A stretch of 57,107 bases of DNA, filler included, from Sphacelaria rigidula (taxonomy: Eukaryota), in the NCBI GenBank assembly GCA_964200075.2. It is 7 parts of 7 records of this genome, joined end to end, with 100 filler letters (N's around TTAATTAATTAA, not from the genome) between each part and the next. Parts side by side here need not be neighbours in the genome. Positions count along the whole stretch, not along the records: positions 1 to 8,074 come from CAXNAA020012401.1; positions 8,175 to 16,247 come from CAXNAA020012402.1; 5 more parts are not named here. One strand, 5' to 3'. Position 1 is the first letter of the stretch; every line of letters starts with the position of its first letter. This document shows, piece by piece, positions 1 to 10,610 of this stretch. The translations under genes and the position numbers were made by a program. A model generated the notes under the pieces. That model was given only the letters and a program-made list of their open reading frames with translations, was not told where the DNA came from and ran no database searches.

Positions 1-225
1 CATCCTCAATCAAAAGCACCATCCTCAACATAGATGATTGGCTGTTATCAAAAGTGAACCTGAGAAACTGGCCGCCCCCGCAAACCAAGAACCCACATAG
101 TGGCAACGAACTAGACCATTTGACCGCCATAATAGGTTATCTGTTGTTAAATCGGCATCAGTTACTTGGACTTCACAAATTACAGCGTGGTCCAGATGAT
201 GACCTACCCTAACGGTCAAAGGATA

Positions 226-388
226 AACCCTTTTGCGACCGGATCCTCAGAAACATGTGATATGCACACAGGGGCCTTTGTATGAATCGACATCGTTTTC
301 AATCGTTTCCAACTAAAAATATTACCGATTCATGGAAACGCCCCTGCGTGCAAACCACATGTTCTGGGATTTCGGTCCCAAAAGGGTT
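226..388. mobile_element. Hairpin (foldback) MITE, piggyBac-like termini, copy 1
   Basis: The left arm AACCCTTTTGCGACCGGATCCTCAGAAACATGTG...GCACACAGGGGC...ATGAATCG is an imperfect reverse complement of the right arm ending ...GGTCCCAAAAGGGTT. Ends are CCC...GGG. Homologous to 6937-7096 and 12661-12772. Confidence 0.7.
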
Positions 389-879
389 CAAACAGTACAA
401 ATGAATTGAAGTCGAGACCATGCGATATTCATGCTGATACAGTAGTAGTAGTTGTGTGCGTTACGTGTTAAACAGAAGGGAGGTCAACACAGGAAATTCT
501 GTGGCGGTCGCCTGACTTTTTCATCGCGAGAGGGCTTCAGCGGTCCCTTTCGCTCGTCGACCGTGAAACCGAATTTGGTCTACTCACGACATACTTGTAA
601 ACAAGGTTTTCGTGAGATTGAGAATAGAAGATACAATTGAGAGCGAAAAGCGATCAATTAGACAATGAATCGTTTCAGTTCCGAAATGCACCTCAACGAG
701 GCTCAAGATGCTCTCTGTACTGTAGGAGCTCGCCACTGAGACCCTTGATACCCCTTAGCAAGATATCGACGTGTAGCTGTATGCACACGTCAGTGCTAGA
801 GGCGAAGAAAAGCACGCACGGAATGAAAAACTGGCTTCGTTGAAGCGAATAGTCAAAGCCACTCTCAATCAGCGCTCTA

Positions 880-1030
880 CTCTTAATCTCACGAAAACAT
901 TGTTGTCGCCGTCCACCGTTGAACATGGTGTGAGAAAAAATTCCCGATCGTGTGACTGCGCTGAGGTTCGAACCGACGACCCAACCGCTATAAGGTTTGG
1001 GGGTTACCAACTGAGCCACCACAGCGACCG
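880..1030 (-). mobile_element. tRNA-derived SINE (5' head)
   Basis: Minus strand reads GTGGCTCAGTTGG (A box) and GGTTCGAACCT (B box), then GTCACACGATCGGGAATTTTTTCTCACACCATGTTCAACGGTGG, which is shared with the copy at 41581. There is no complete cloverleaf. Confidence 0.7.
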
Positions 1031-1101
1031 CCTGTCGACTAAAATATGAAAAATAGAAGCCGGCACATCATGACGAAAAAACGCATGTATGGCAGAGCAG
1101 A

Positions 1102-1124
1102 TGCAGCAGCAGCAACAGCAGCAG
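1102..1124 (+). repeat. (GCA)n microsatellite
   Basis: tgcagcagcagcaacagcagcag. Confidence 0.85.
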
Positions 1125-1540
1125 TCCAGAGACAGGGAAAGGGAAGTACAGTCGAGACGATTCGACATGCGGGCAAGATCACAACATGCTTTCAGTGTGC
1201 ACCGAGATTGGACGGAGAGCCGTTCCGCACAACCCATCCAACTGAGCATGATTCTTATTCAATTTCCAAGTGACCTGTACACGGTAAGAGGTGGCATCTC
1301 CGACGATCAAAGGGTCACCAAGAGACCCCGTTTCGCCGTAGTCTGAAAGTAAGTGAAAAAGTGCACCTGTCTCAGAGCCTCCGGGAACGATTCTGACAGT
1401 CCTGTGTGCGGTGTGACATGGACGCACGAAGGGTCTACCGCCATGGCGAGGAAAGAAGGCGGAAAACATCATGCAGAGCACTGCCGTGGGAGCGATGCTC
1501 CCGAAACCTCCTGAAGGGGAATCATGCAATGCTGCTGTGT

Positions 1541-1755
1541 CACAGAGCTTGAGAGAACGAAATGCCCCCGTTTCGCTGTACTCTAAAATCAAGTAAGAGT
1601 AAATGCTCGCCTCTCTGAGCTTCCGAGAACGACGGAATGACTCCGTTTCGCCGTACTCTAAAATCAAGTGTGAGCAAATGCTGGCCTCTCAGAGCTTCTG
1701 AGAACGACGGAATGACTCCGTTTCGCCGTATTCTAAAATCAAGTGAAAAAAGTGC
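1541..1755. repeat. Minisatellite, ~72-75-bp unit, ~3 copies, plus a detached diverged copy near 1325-1395
   Basis: Unit CTCWGAGCTTCYGAGAACGACGGAATGACTCCGTTTCGCCGTAYTCTAAAATCAAGTG... starts at ~1541, 1613 and 1688. Confidence 0.85.
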
Positions 1756-2080
1756 ATATGCATCCAAGGCTCTTCAACGGCGAAAAGATAAAAATGGATA
1801 TTCTTTATATATTTAGGTTGCGCTTGATCTGGGACAACAAGAAGGCGTCAGTCATCTGCCAACACAACCAGCATTGACGCGGGAAGCAACCTCGCATTTC
1901 CATCGACAACTCGAATCGCGTGGGGCAATAGGGGAAAGGGGCCGGGCTGTTGCGAGGAGAAAACGAAAAAGCGAAACGATATTTTGCTCAGGCTTTGGGG
2001 GGTTACAGACCGGGAAGAATGATTGCCGAAGACCAAAACCCCCCACGTTTGGTTTGATCTTCACATTAACAGTACAGTAT

Positions 2081-3107
2081 CGGCCCGCTAATAAGAATTG
2101 TTGTCGTGAAAAATGGAGCCTCAGATTTTCGGAAGACTAAGAAATTCGCTGTAAGAAACTGAGCTCCAAAAAGGGACGCAATAAGAAATGTGGCGACAGG
2201 AAATAGATCAATATCGTGCTCCTAATGATGAAAAATAGGAATATAGACACAGGTACAAGAAATAAAAATATGGGAAGAAAAGAAGAGAAAAAATGAAATA
2301 ATATATAGATGATGTAATTAAACAGTAAAATGGTCCATACATGATGAATAAAGAAAAAAAAAAAAGCTCACTTCGGTATGCCTTTTTCAAGGTTGGCAAC
2401 GTTGACCACGGTATCCAGCCATCACGGTAATGCTCGGTAAATTGCGGATGGTAACTAACTGGTCATCCTGGTGATCATTGGCGAATGAGCCAGCCACCTT
2501 GAGGAGTACATCTTCGAAAATGAGTCGTCCACTTTATCCCACACTCAACCTTATATCTTGATTCGAGAACCGATCCTATACCAATATTTTTTTGGAACAT
2601 CCCATACACCCAGCAGTGTTGTAGGCCCATCATGAGTCCCTTCCGTTATTACTGATTTCCGTAAGCCTATGTAAGTTGTGGTTGTTTCTTGTAACTCTTG
2701 TCCAGGGTTGCCGTAGGGGATGGTCTTGGTTCGGGATCATCTCAAACCACGATCATCAAATAAAGCCAGACCAACCCACAGCAACATGCAGGTGCTTCCA
2801 ACAGATTCGGGGGAGATGCGGGAGTCTCCCGATCCGAGCAGAGAGGTGAAGAACCAAAACTGAGTGTACTGGGAATCGGAGAATTGATCTGATTTCCTCA
2901 GAGCTAGACGAAAAACATCGCCGAACGGACTGGGGTCCGAAAAATCAATCCACAGAAGAAAATCGGATGAAGACCGGCTGAAACCGGAATAGATCCAATT
3001 TCTTGACCAAACACAACAAACGGTGAAATAAAAAAAAACGCTCATATCGGCTGCCGAAGTGAGTCTTCGAGCCTCACTCAAAATAGTTGTTTCTCATAAG
3101 CGGGCCG
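2081..3107. mobile_element. Putative ~1-kb non-autonomous DNA transposon with short TIRs
   Basis: CGGCCCGCTAATAAGAA (2081) vs the reverse complement of 3091-3107, CGGCCCGCTTATGAGAA (15/17). No clear TSD. Confidence 0.4.
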
Positions 3108-4449
3108 GCTCCGTGCGGAATGGGCGAAACGAACCAAATTGCGCAGGAGGTGTTACCGTGCGTACGCGTGTGACAAACAATCAACCAAATGCCTTTCGAC
3201 GATCAAGTTGTCATCATACCCTCTGAGTGCACAGCTCAAAATATGCGTCGAACCGATTGACCTATGTTAGCGCAGTATCATGTCATACTCCAACACGGAG
3301 ACAGAGCGACCATATCTCCTGTCCGTCGTGAAGCACCGCCAAATATACGCATATGCTATATTTTAATCCTGAAAGTCTGCCGCACATGACAAGGACAATT
3401 CTATCTTCGGCACCCAAACTTCTTGTTTTTATCGAACTTGAGCCAAAAGAACACAATCGAGGTCTCATGTACGACAACGAGTATTACACATCTTGAACGT
3501 CCGATGAATATCACGACCGTCTCCGTCACACTTGATGAAAATCGTCGCACCACGATAGTCGTCGTATTGCCCCCCAAGCACACACACCCTTCCCCTGCCC
3601 CGCGACCCTATCCACCAACCTCGTCCAATCGCCGAACACCGCGAAGGAAGCATCCCACATCGAACTACAGCTCTTGAGGTGGGGTATATCCTACAAACCC
3701 TGCTGTTCTATCTGCAGTATCACTCAGTGCCGATCTTGGAACAAAAAGCAAGCCTAAAAATCAAAACACCCGTGCCTCGTCCCCTGCCGCCCTCCAGGGG
3801 AAGCAACAGTTCAAATGTTGCCGTGATTGAAAAAATTACCGTTCTCATAAGTGCAATCTCCAGGCACGCCCGTCAGTGCAACTTTCTCAACGCAAAATTA
3901 TTTTCAGCCCTGCGCTTTGAGAGTCGCGAGGTGCTGCTTGATGGCATCGGTGAGTTTGGTGAGCATGGCCTGGCTGCTGATCTCCACCTTGTCGTCCCAA
4001 ATACGAATAAAAACTTGCGCCTTGAACGGATCTGGGAAAATGTTGGGGTTGCACTCCACCTGGGATTTCAGGGTTATAGCGAGGCAGTGGAGGGAGACAA
4101 TCGACAGAAGACAAAGCAAAACACGTCGGAAAAACCCACATTAACCTCGGTTCGCGTGAAGTTGCGTGCATGAACTACAAACAAACGGATGATGAAAACA
4201 CTTCTTCTAGCAACCGTACGGCGAGTCAATGATATGGAGGACAAAAAACGGTTGGATTCTTCTGCGTAGGATCCAGTTTTTTGGGGAGAATCAACATGTT
4301 GGTGTGGCTGTCAAACCACAAGATTCTAGCGACGATTTTCCGATTCCAGTTGGAGTGAAGTGTCTCCTTTCAGCGTTATACGGCGCACGACCAAAAACAA
4401 ACCAACCAAAATCCTCCACGATTATGAAAAAAACAAAACGGCATATAAC

Positions 4450-6400
4450 GTGAGAAAAATTATTTGGGGGGGAAACGACTGCGCTCTTAAGGTGGGTATA
4501 ACATGACCCCAAGACTTCCTTTCTTACGCCCAACCCTCGTTTTCGATGGCAAAGCTGGCACAAGAGCTTTTGGCGTCGAATCACACGGTCAACACTACAC
4601 AATACAAAATGGACCGCATCGAGTAGAAGTCGTAACCTCGAAGTTTCTCTGTCGCACTGTCCACGCTGCCGATATGTTAAGGTCGAACCAATTTTTGACA
4701 TGCCATAAGCTGTTATTTCCGCCCGTGTTGTCCGGAAGCTTCCTTCAGCGAGTGTGTCAGTATATTCACTTCTGGTACATTCATTTTTGCGATCAGGGCT
4801 TACTTTGTAGCTTTAGTCTCTGTTTTTTGCGTCATAAATTTTGACCACTTCCCTGCCTCAAGGCCAGTCCGTCGTCTCGGAGATTAGTCAGCAGATGTCT
4901 TTCCCGATCCCCGCCTGACATTTTGGTATCTCGGATTCGATCAGCGCTCTAGCGCAGCATCAGCCCTCGTCAATTTATCTTGTGCTTGAATCCCCACGCC
5001 TTCAACAAGGAAAACCAGATTTTGGCATAAAACGCCGCCTTAAACGACCGTATGCTAGATGTTGGGGTTGGATCCTGTACTGTTCCGCTTCAACTGCCGT
5101 TAATACACCAGCTAGACCAGCGGGGTGTGATTAATACGAGATAATCAACCAACTCCTTAACTCACCAACCCAACGGAAAGGTGCGTACAGTTGGGGTACA
5201 TGAAAAAAAGTGTGGGCTTGAAACACCCTCCCCCGCCCCCCCTCCTCTTTCCCATACTCTTCTCCGGACCCTAGTATCTCCCTCACCAAGATGTTGAGCC
5301 CGTCAATCGTGTCCTTGTACTCGATCGTTTCCTCCCGATATGGCCTTCCCCCCTCCGTCGCGTTCGCTTTGAGCCTCTTAAAGGAGGCAAGGATTGCGTT
5401 CACCTGACCCAGGCGAAGAATGGATATGAGGAAAGAATGGATATGAGGATTAGGTGAAAATATCGTGCGATATGTTATGGAGCATGACATATTTTATCCA
5501 CCCCCTGCGATGAGTGCTCTGACTTCGATTTTATCGAAAACCAAACTGTCCTCGATTACCTGACCGAAATATTTCGTCTGTCGAAAACATACCGACGAGA
5601 CACCAGGTTCGATGGAATAGTCGCCACAGTTCGTACGACGCTGTGAGCACTCTCATCTTCATCATTGTATGCATTAGTACGGTGGACAGAGGATGAACAG
5701 GGGCAGAGAATAAGTTAGCCGTGGACATTGACTTACCTCTCGCCGATAACCGCAGAACCACGGCGGAGCAAACCCACCGACCACTTTACACGCAGTACAA
5801 AGGGGATCTCATTCTAGTGCGGTATAGCATGAGCCCATAGTATAGCAGGGTGTGTCAGTATTTGCGACGATTTTGACTGCAGTAGCTGAAACGTACCGCA
5901 GCTTTACCATACCACACATGTCTGAACCATGCCGTAGGCTTGACCATCTCTAAGGCACATTTCGATTACTCTTCTTGGTATGATGACGCGTTCTGGATCG
6001 ATACACGTTTTGAATGAAAGCTCTCGTTGAATCGGCGAGAGCCTGGACACAGAGCTTTCAATAAACACCTTACTCATGCTGCAAATCGCGATTCCTGGAC
6101 GATCTACAAACCAAGGACAGCTGATTGACGGTTCTGCTTGGTCATCATCCACGCTCCCGCTGTTTGATATTCGAACCAGTGTTTCGCTGGGGATAAGGTT
6201 GTCCAAGTTAACGCCTTCTGAAAAGACAAGACACGGCGGAGTCAACTCGATCAAACCTATAATCACAAAAATACGGGTACATCTGTGTAGAAAATTCATG
6301 GAGGTACGTCCACAACGCACTCTGATGCAATTTCATCGACGACGCCTCGGAAATTGGTGATGGATGTCTCTTCGAAAGCACCAACCCTAGATATGGGTAT
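4450..6400 (-). pseudogene. Degenerate P-element/THAP9-like DDE transposase
   Basis: Frameshifted minus-strand peptides occur in the expected order: YRFDRVDS (~6265), NLIPSETLVR (~6190), CIDPERVI...GQAYG (~6000-5930), VGMFSTDE (~5590), PNPHIHSFL (~5445), FKAAFYAKIWFSLLKAW (~5040) and GQCDRETSRLR (~4650). They resemble P-type motifs lPS..T, D...G, StD, D..H, and CE..FsrlR. Recognised by eye only. Confidence 0.45.
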
Positions 6401-6936
6401 TTGTACAAGTTCGAATCTCATTTTTTATTTTGCCCTTCGTAGACGCGATTGCATAACTTACGTTGTACGCGACCCAGCGCATCGCCTGTGCACACGCCGG
6501 TAGCACTTGCTAGCAGCCATCGTTTGAGGTGACAAGTGTGCCCATGATCTTAGTACATGGTGCACACTCTGAGCAATTGACACAATAATCCATTGCTTCA
6601 ATAACGGAGGAGGAGAAAACCTATCGATATTGCTCAACACAATTTATGGTGAAACACATCTATTAGAGGTATCTCAAACTCGTCCCCCGGCATCCTGGTT
6701 TATTCGCTTGCTCTGAGTTGTGAAAGTGATCGCGATTAATAGGAGGACCTGACCTGGCGGTCAGGGAGTCTCATCATCTGATGAATCGGCATCACTTTCA
6801 CTTGAAAAAATCAAACAAAACAAACCAGGATACCGGGAGCTGAATTTGAGATGCCTCTATTGATTTGTATTGCAAGCGACACTGGACGTTGTAAGCGTCG
6901 ATGAATATAATAGTCTATCGCATTTACAATAGATTA

Positions 6937-7096
6937 CCCTTTCGGAACCAGACTCCCAGAAACATATGGTTTGCACGCGGGGGCCCTCTTGTGAATCGGC
7001 ATCATTTTTACTTGAAAACGACAGGAAATTAAAACGATCCACAAAACGATCTCTGAGTGCAAAACACATGTTTGTGGGAGTCCGGTCCCCAAAGGG
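6937..7096. mobile_element. Hairpin MITE, piggyBac-like, copy 2
   Basis: TTA-CCCTTTCGGAACCAGACTCCCAGAAACAT...ATGTTTGTGGGAGTCCGGTCCCCAAAGGG-TTAA. Self-complementary arms, with TTAA directly after GGG. Confidence 0.75.
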
Positions 7097-7860
7097 TTAA
7101 GGTCACTGGCCATTGATGGACATCGTATACCGAAATAGATTCTGGAATGACTTCATTGATAGGCATTGCCGTGATCAATGGATTTGATGAACAATCTTTC
7201 GCTAGCCATTGCCATCTTCAACAGATTAGGTTAGCAATCGATCGATAGCCTTTACCGCCAACAATGTATTCAGGGGTATCTATCGATAACCATTGCCGTT
7301 AACACTGGATGATGAGCAACATACAAAAGAGGGTATATACCCTCATGTTTTTGGAACAACAAAGGATACCACGTCATCAGCAAACGCCTTCCGCAATGGC
7401 TACGCAATAGTCGCATACATGGTATCATACTGACCGCCATGGACAGCTGAAGAGCGTGACATAGCCGGGTTTGTGCGTAAGGCCATAGTGGTAGCGCCAA
7501 GGGCGAAAAGGTGTATCTACCAATCAGCGCCCGTCAAATTGTTCCGAGATCGAAATTACGAATTTCAAGCCCAATTTTCACCCAATCTCCACACGCTTTA
7601 AATCGTAGTAACCGCCATCGGCTCGGGAATCTAACGAGAAAAAAAATTGAAACGGTTACTACGGGGGTCGAATAATCCCCGAAACCGTGATGTTTCGGTG
7701 ATGTCGGATGTTGGTGTCGTCTAATTTCCACGTATGATACGCACGAAAGACCCAGGGAGACTGGTGACGGTGTCCCCTATATCTGTTGTAGAAAAGTTCC
7801 ATACGTCTGACGAGTCATCACTCGTCGAGACGAGTGTACTCGTGGATGTTTTCTGAAACA

Positions 7861-8074
7861 CAACGAGCATGACTCGTGCGCTCGAGTCATTACTTTTTTT
7901 TACAACGAGCAATGACTCGTGCGCTCAAGCCATCACCTTTTTCCATAACGAGCGATGACTCGAGTGCTCGCCCTATTAATTTTTCCACAACGAGCAATGA
8001 CTCGAGTGCTCGACCTATTCGTTTTCTCCACGACGAGCCATGACTCGAGTGCTCGCCCTATTCATTTTTTGCAC
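7861..8074. repeat. Minisatellite, ~42-bp unit, 5 copies, with internal palindrome; truncated by contig end
   Basis: Units CAACGAGCAATGACTCGWGYGCTCG...TTTTTCCA at ~7861, 7903, 7946, 7988 and 8031. Confidence 0.85.
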
Positions 8075-8174
8075 NNNNNNNNNNNNNNNNNNNNNNNNNN
8101 NNNNNNNNNNNNNNNNNNTTAATTAATTAANNNNNNNNNNNNNNNNNNNNNNNNNNNNNNNNNNNNNNNNNNNN
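8075..8174. other. Assembly linker N44-TTAATTAATTAA-N44 (also at 16248-16347, 24421-24520, 32593-32692, 40765-40864, 48937-49036)
   Basis: Identical 100-bp spacer with six-frame stop codons occurs six times. Confidence 0.98.
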
Positions 8175-8255
8175 GCAAGGGGGCGTACTCATTTGTTGCT
8201 TGCCTTAGTCAATGGCATTGACTAAGGCAAGCAACAAATGAGTACGCCCCCTTGC
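8175..8255. repeat. Perfect 81-bp palindrome (40-bp arms, 1-nt loop) made of the LINE 3' terminus
   Basis: GCAAGGGGGCGTACTCATTTGTTGCTTGCCTTAGTCAATG-G-CATTGACTAAGGCAAGCAACAAATGAGTACGCCCCCTTGC, located exactly at a contig start. Confidence 0.95.
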
Positions 8256-8326
8256 CTCCCCCCTCAAAAACTCGAATTTTCGATCTTGGGTCCGACGTAT
8301 CCCGAAACATATTTTTGACAGACCCT

Positions 8327-8810
8327 TGGGTACCGGTATGAAAGTCTTACAGAAATTACACAACTGTCGAGTACCGCTTTGAATGTCTCACAGCAATTAC
8401 GGAACTTGTCGGGTATGGTACAGGAGGCTTACAGAAAACCATATCGGCAATCGGGTATTTCTTTGAGGGCATACCCGTGCTCCGGGTACGGGCATACTTT
8501 ATGTGCAAAACTCACGGAACTATCGGGCAAGGGTATGGCAGGCGTACAAAAACTCACAGATACTGTCAGGCAGGGTATGGAAGTCGCACAGAAAACCGTA
8601 CCCGCAACCTGCTATCTTATCAAGAGCATACACGTGCCACCGGTAACGGTACAGGAGGATTACAGAACTCACATGAATATCGGGTAAGGGTATGATATTA
8701 TTACAAACTTTACAGAACTGTCGGGTACCGGTATGAAAGTGTCGGGTACGATAAATACCCGGGAAAATACGCCGAGTATGCTGAAAACCGTGGTACGGGT
8801 ATAGGGCATA
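8327..8810. repeat. Degenerate ~40-bp tandem repeat (ACAGAAC...TCGGGTA-CGGGTATG)
   Basis: About 10 diverged recurrences of CGGGTA/GGTATG/TACAGAA motifs. Confidence 0.7.
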
Positions 8811-9389
8811 TAATGAAAAATGCACAAATTAAAAATCGAGAATATCGATACTCATACATCGGGCTGCTGGATCGACCCGCTCCCCTTGAACCGCAACCAA
8901 ACTGCGCTTCCTATTTCCCAAGCTCTTGGGAAGGCCCCATACTGGTATTGGTGTCCCATCGTCTCGAAAATATAATTGGAATTCCTAACGGCGTCACTGA
9001 TACGTACGTACGTAAGTAAGCGGTACTGCGTCCACTCTGACGGAGTACATGCTACATACATACTACAACGGTACCGTTGTAAAATTACACTGATACTAAA
9101 ATACAGACATGCCACGACAGTACCGTTGTAAGATTACAATAATAATCGATGTCATGTAGGAATAGTGCGAAGATGGGAATAAAGATGACATACCACTTCA
9201 CCCTGTCCATCGTCTCGAGCCATATTTCCCTACGATCATCTCCCGCCGCCAACGCTAATTCGCCACACCTCATCGCTTTGCGCCTCTATCACCATTCCAA
9301 GGGTAGGTGTTATCTCGCCACCTTCACATACCCATAGCTCGCGAAACGGTAAATTCTTTACCCGACACGACTTTTCCTTCAATTTACTC

Positions 9390-10610
9390 TCCACTTCATC
9401 GGCAATTCCGTGCAAATCGGCGAATCTGCAATCATCTTACCCGATGTGTGCTGCCGCTGTACGTTCACGATGATCGGCGAAATTGTCATCCAATCTCAAA
9501 TGGCGTTGTGAAAAAAATATTTACTCCGCGCTTATGCTCATCGGCGAATTCTATTTCCTTCCCGTTCGTGCTCATCGGCAAATTTGCGATGTTTTTACCC
9601 ACAACTATAATAGCACTGTCGCTGTACGTTCGCTATGATCGGCGAATTTGTAAATGTAGTACATTGGTAGGTTGATTTCGACCGACGACTCAACACAGGC
9701 AGCCATTCCTGGTCATCGGCAAATTTCAAAAGTTTTCCTCACGCCATTTTTTTGTGTTTTTCACTCCACGCTTGTGCACATCGTCGATTTTGTAGGTTTC
9801 ACCTCTTTCATGGTGCGGATTTTCATGCGTTGAATTTCACGAACGACCCGACATCTACAGCCGCCATACTATCGTGCTCATCAGCTAATTTATCAAATTT
9901 TACTCCCCGCTCGTGATCGTCGGCGAATTGGTATATTTATTTCTATTTTTTTGTGCAGATTTCGATACGTTTCATATCTCGGTCCACCCAACATCTGCAG
10001 CCGCTATACCATCGTGCTCATCGGCATTTTTTTTTTTAATTTGCTCCACGCTTGTTATCGTCGGCGATTTTGTAAATTAGCCCCTAATGTTTGGTGCAGA
10101 TTTCGGTACGTTGCATTTCACGGACGAGCCGTCGTGTAGAGCCTCAATACGGCCTTGCTGATCGGCTATTTTTTCAATTTTTACCCCCCGCTTGTCCTGA
10201 TCGGGGAATGGGTAAATTTTCCGTCTTGTTTTCTGCAGATTACCTGCGTTGCATTTGACAGACGGTCCGTCATATACAAGCGCTTCACGTTCGAGCTGCT
10301 TCGGCTAATTTATAATTTTCTCGAACGTTTACTATTTGACTCTTTGCCTTGATTTCATCGGCAACATCCCATAAAATTCCAGACGCAAAAGATCCGCCTC
10401 TGTGTCGCCTCGCCTCACGACCTTCTCCACAATTAATTTTGGCGCCCCCAACACAACCACAATTGTGCAGCACATTTATATGTCGGCTCTTATTATGTGC
10501 CGGTTACACTGTACATACGTAGCATCTCATTGACGACCCGTCATATTCAACCGCTTCACGTTCGAGCTGCTTCGGCTAATTTCTAATTTTCTCGAACGTT
10601 GGCGAAATTG
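9390..10610. repeat. Array of short (GCTC)ATCGGC(A/G)AATTT motifs with a ~48-bp direct repeat (~10281-10329 / ~10552-10600); probable transposon subterminal region
   Basis: ATCGGC recurs about a dozen times in the same orientation, usually followed by RAATTT. CGCTTCACGTTCGAGCTGCTTCGGCTAATTT-TAATTTTCTCGAACGTT is duplicated. Confidence 0.6.

Noticed and set aside
4600..4720. Polinton/adenoviral cysteine protease motif (RQ...TRCGPFC)
   Set aside because: No upstream H/D catalytic motifs were found, and another frame fits the transposase interpretation better.
7861..8074. CRISPR-like array of palindromic repeats
   Set aside because: Inter-repeat segments are short (~17 bp) and similar to each other, there are no cas genes, and the context is eukaryotic.
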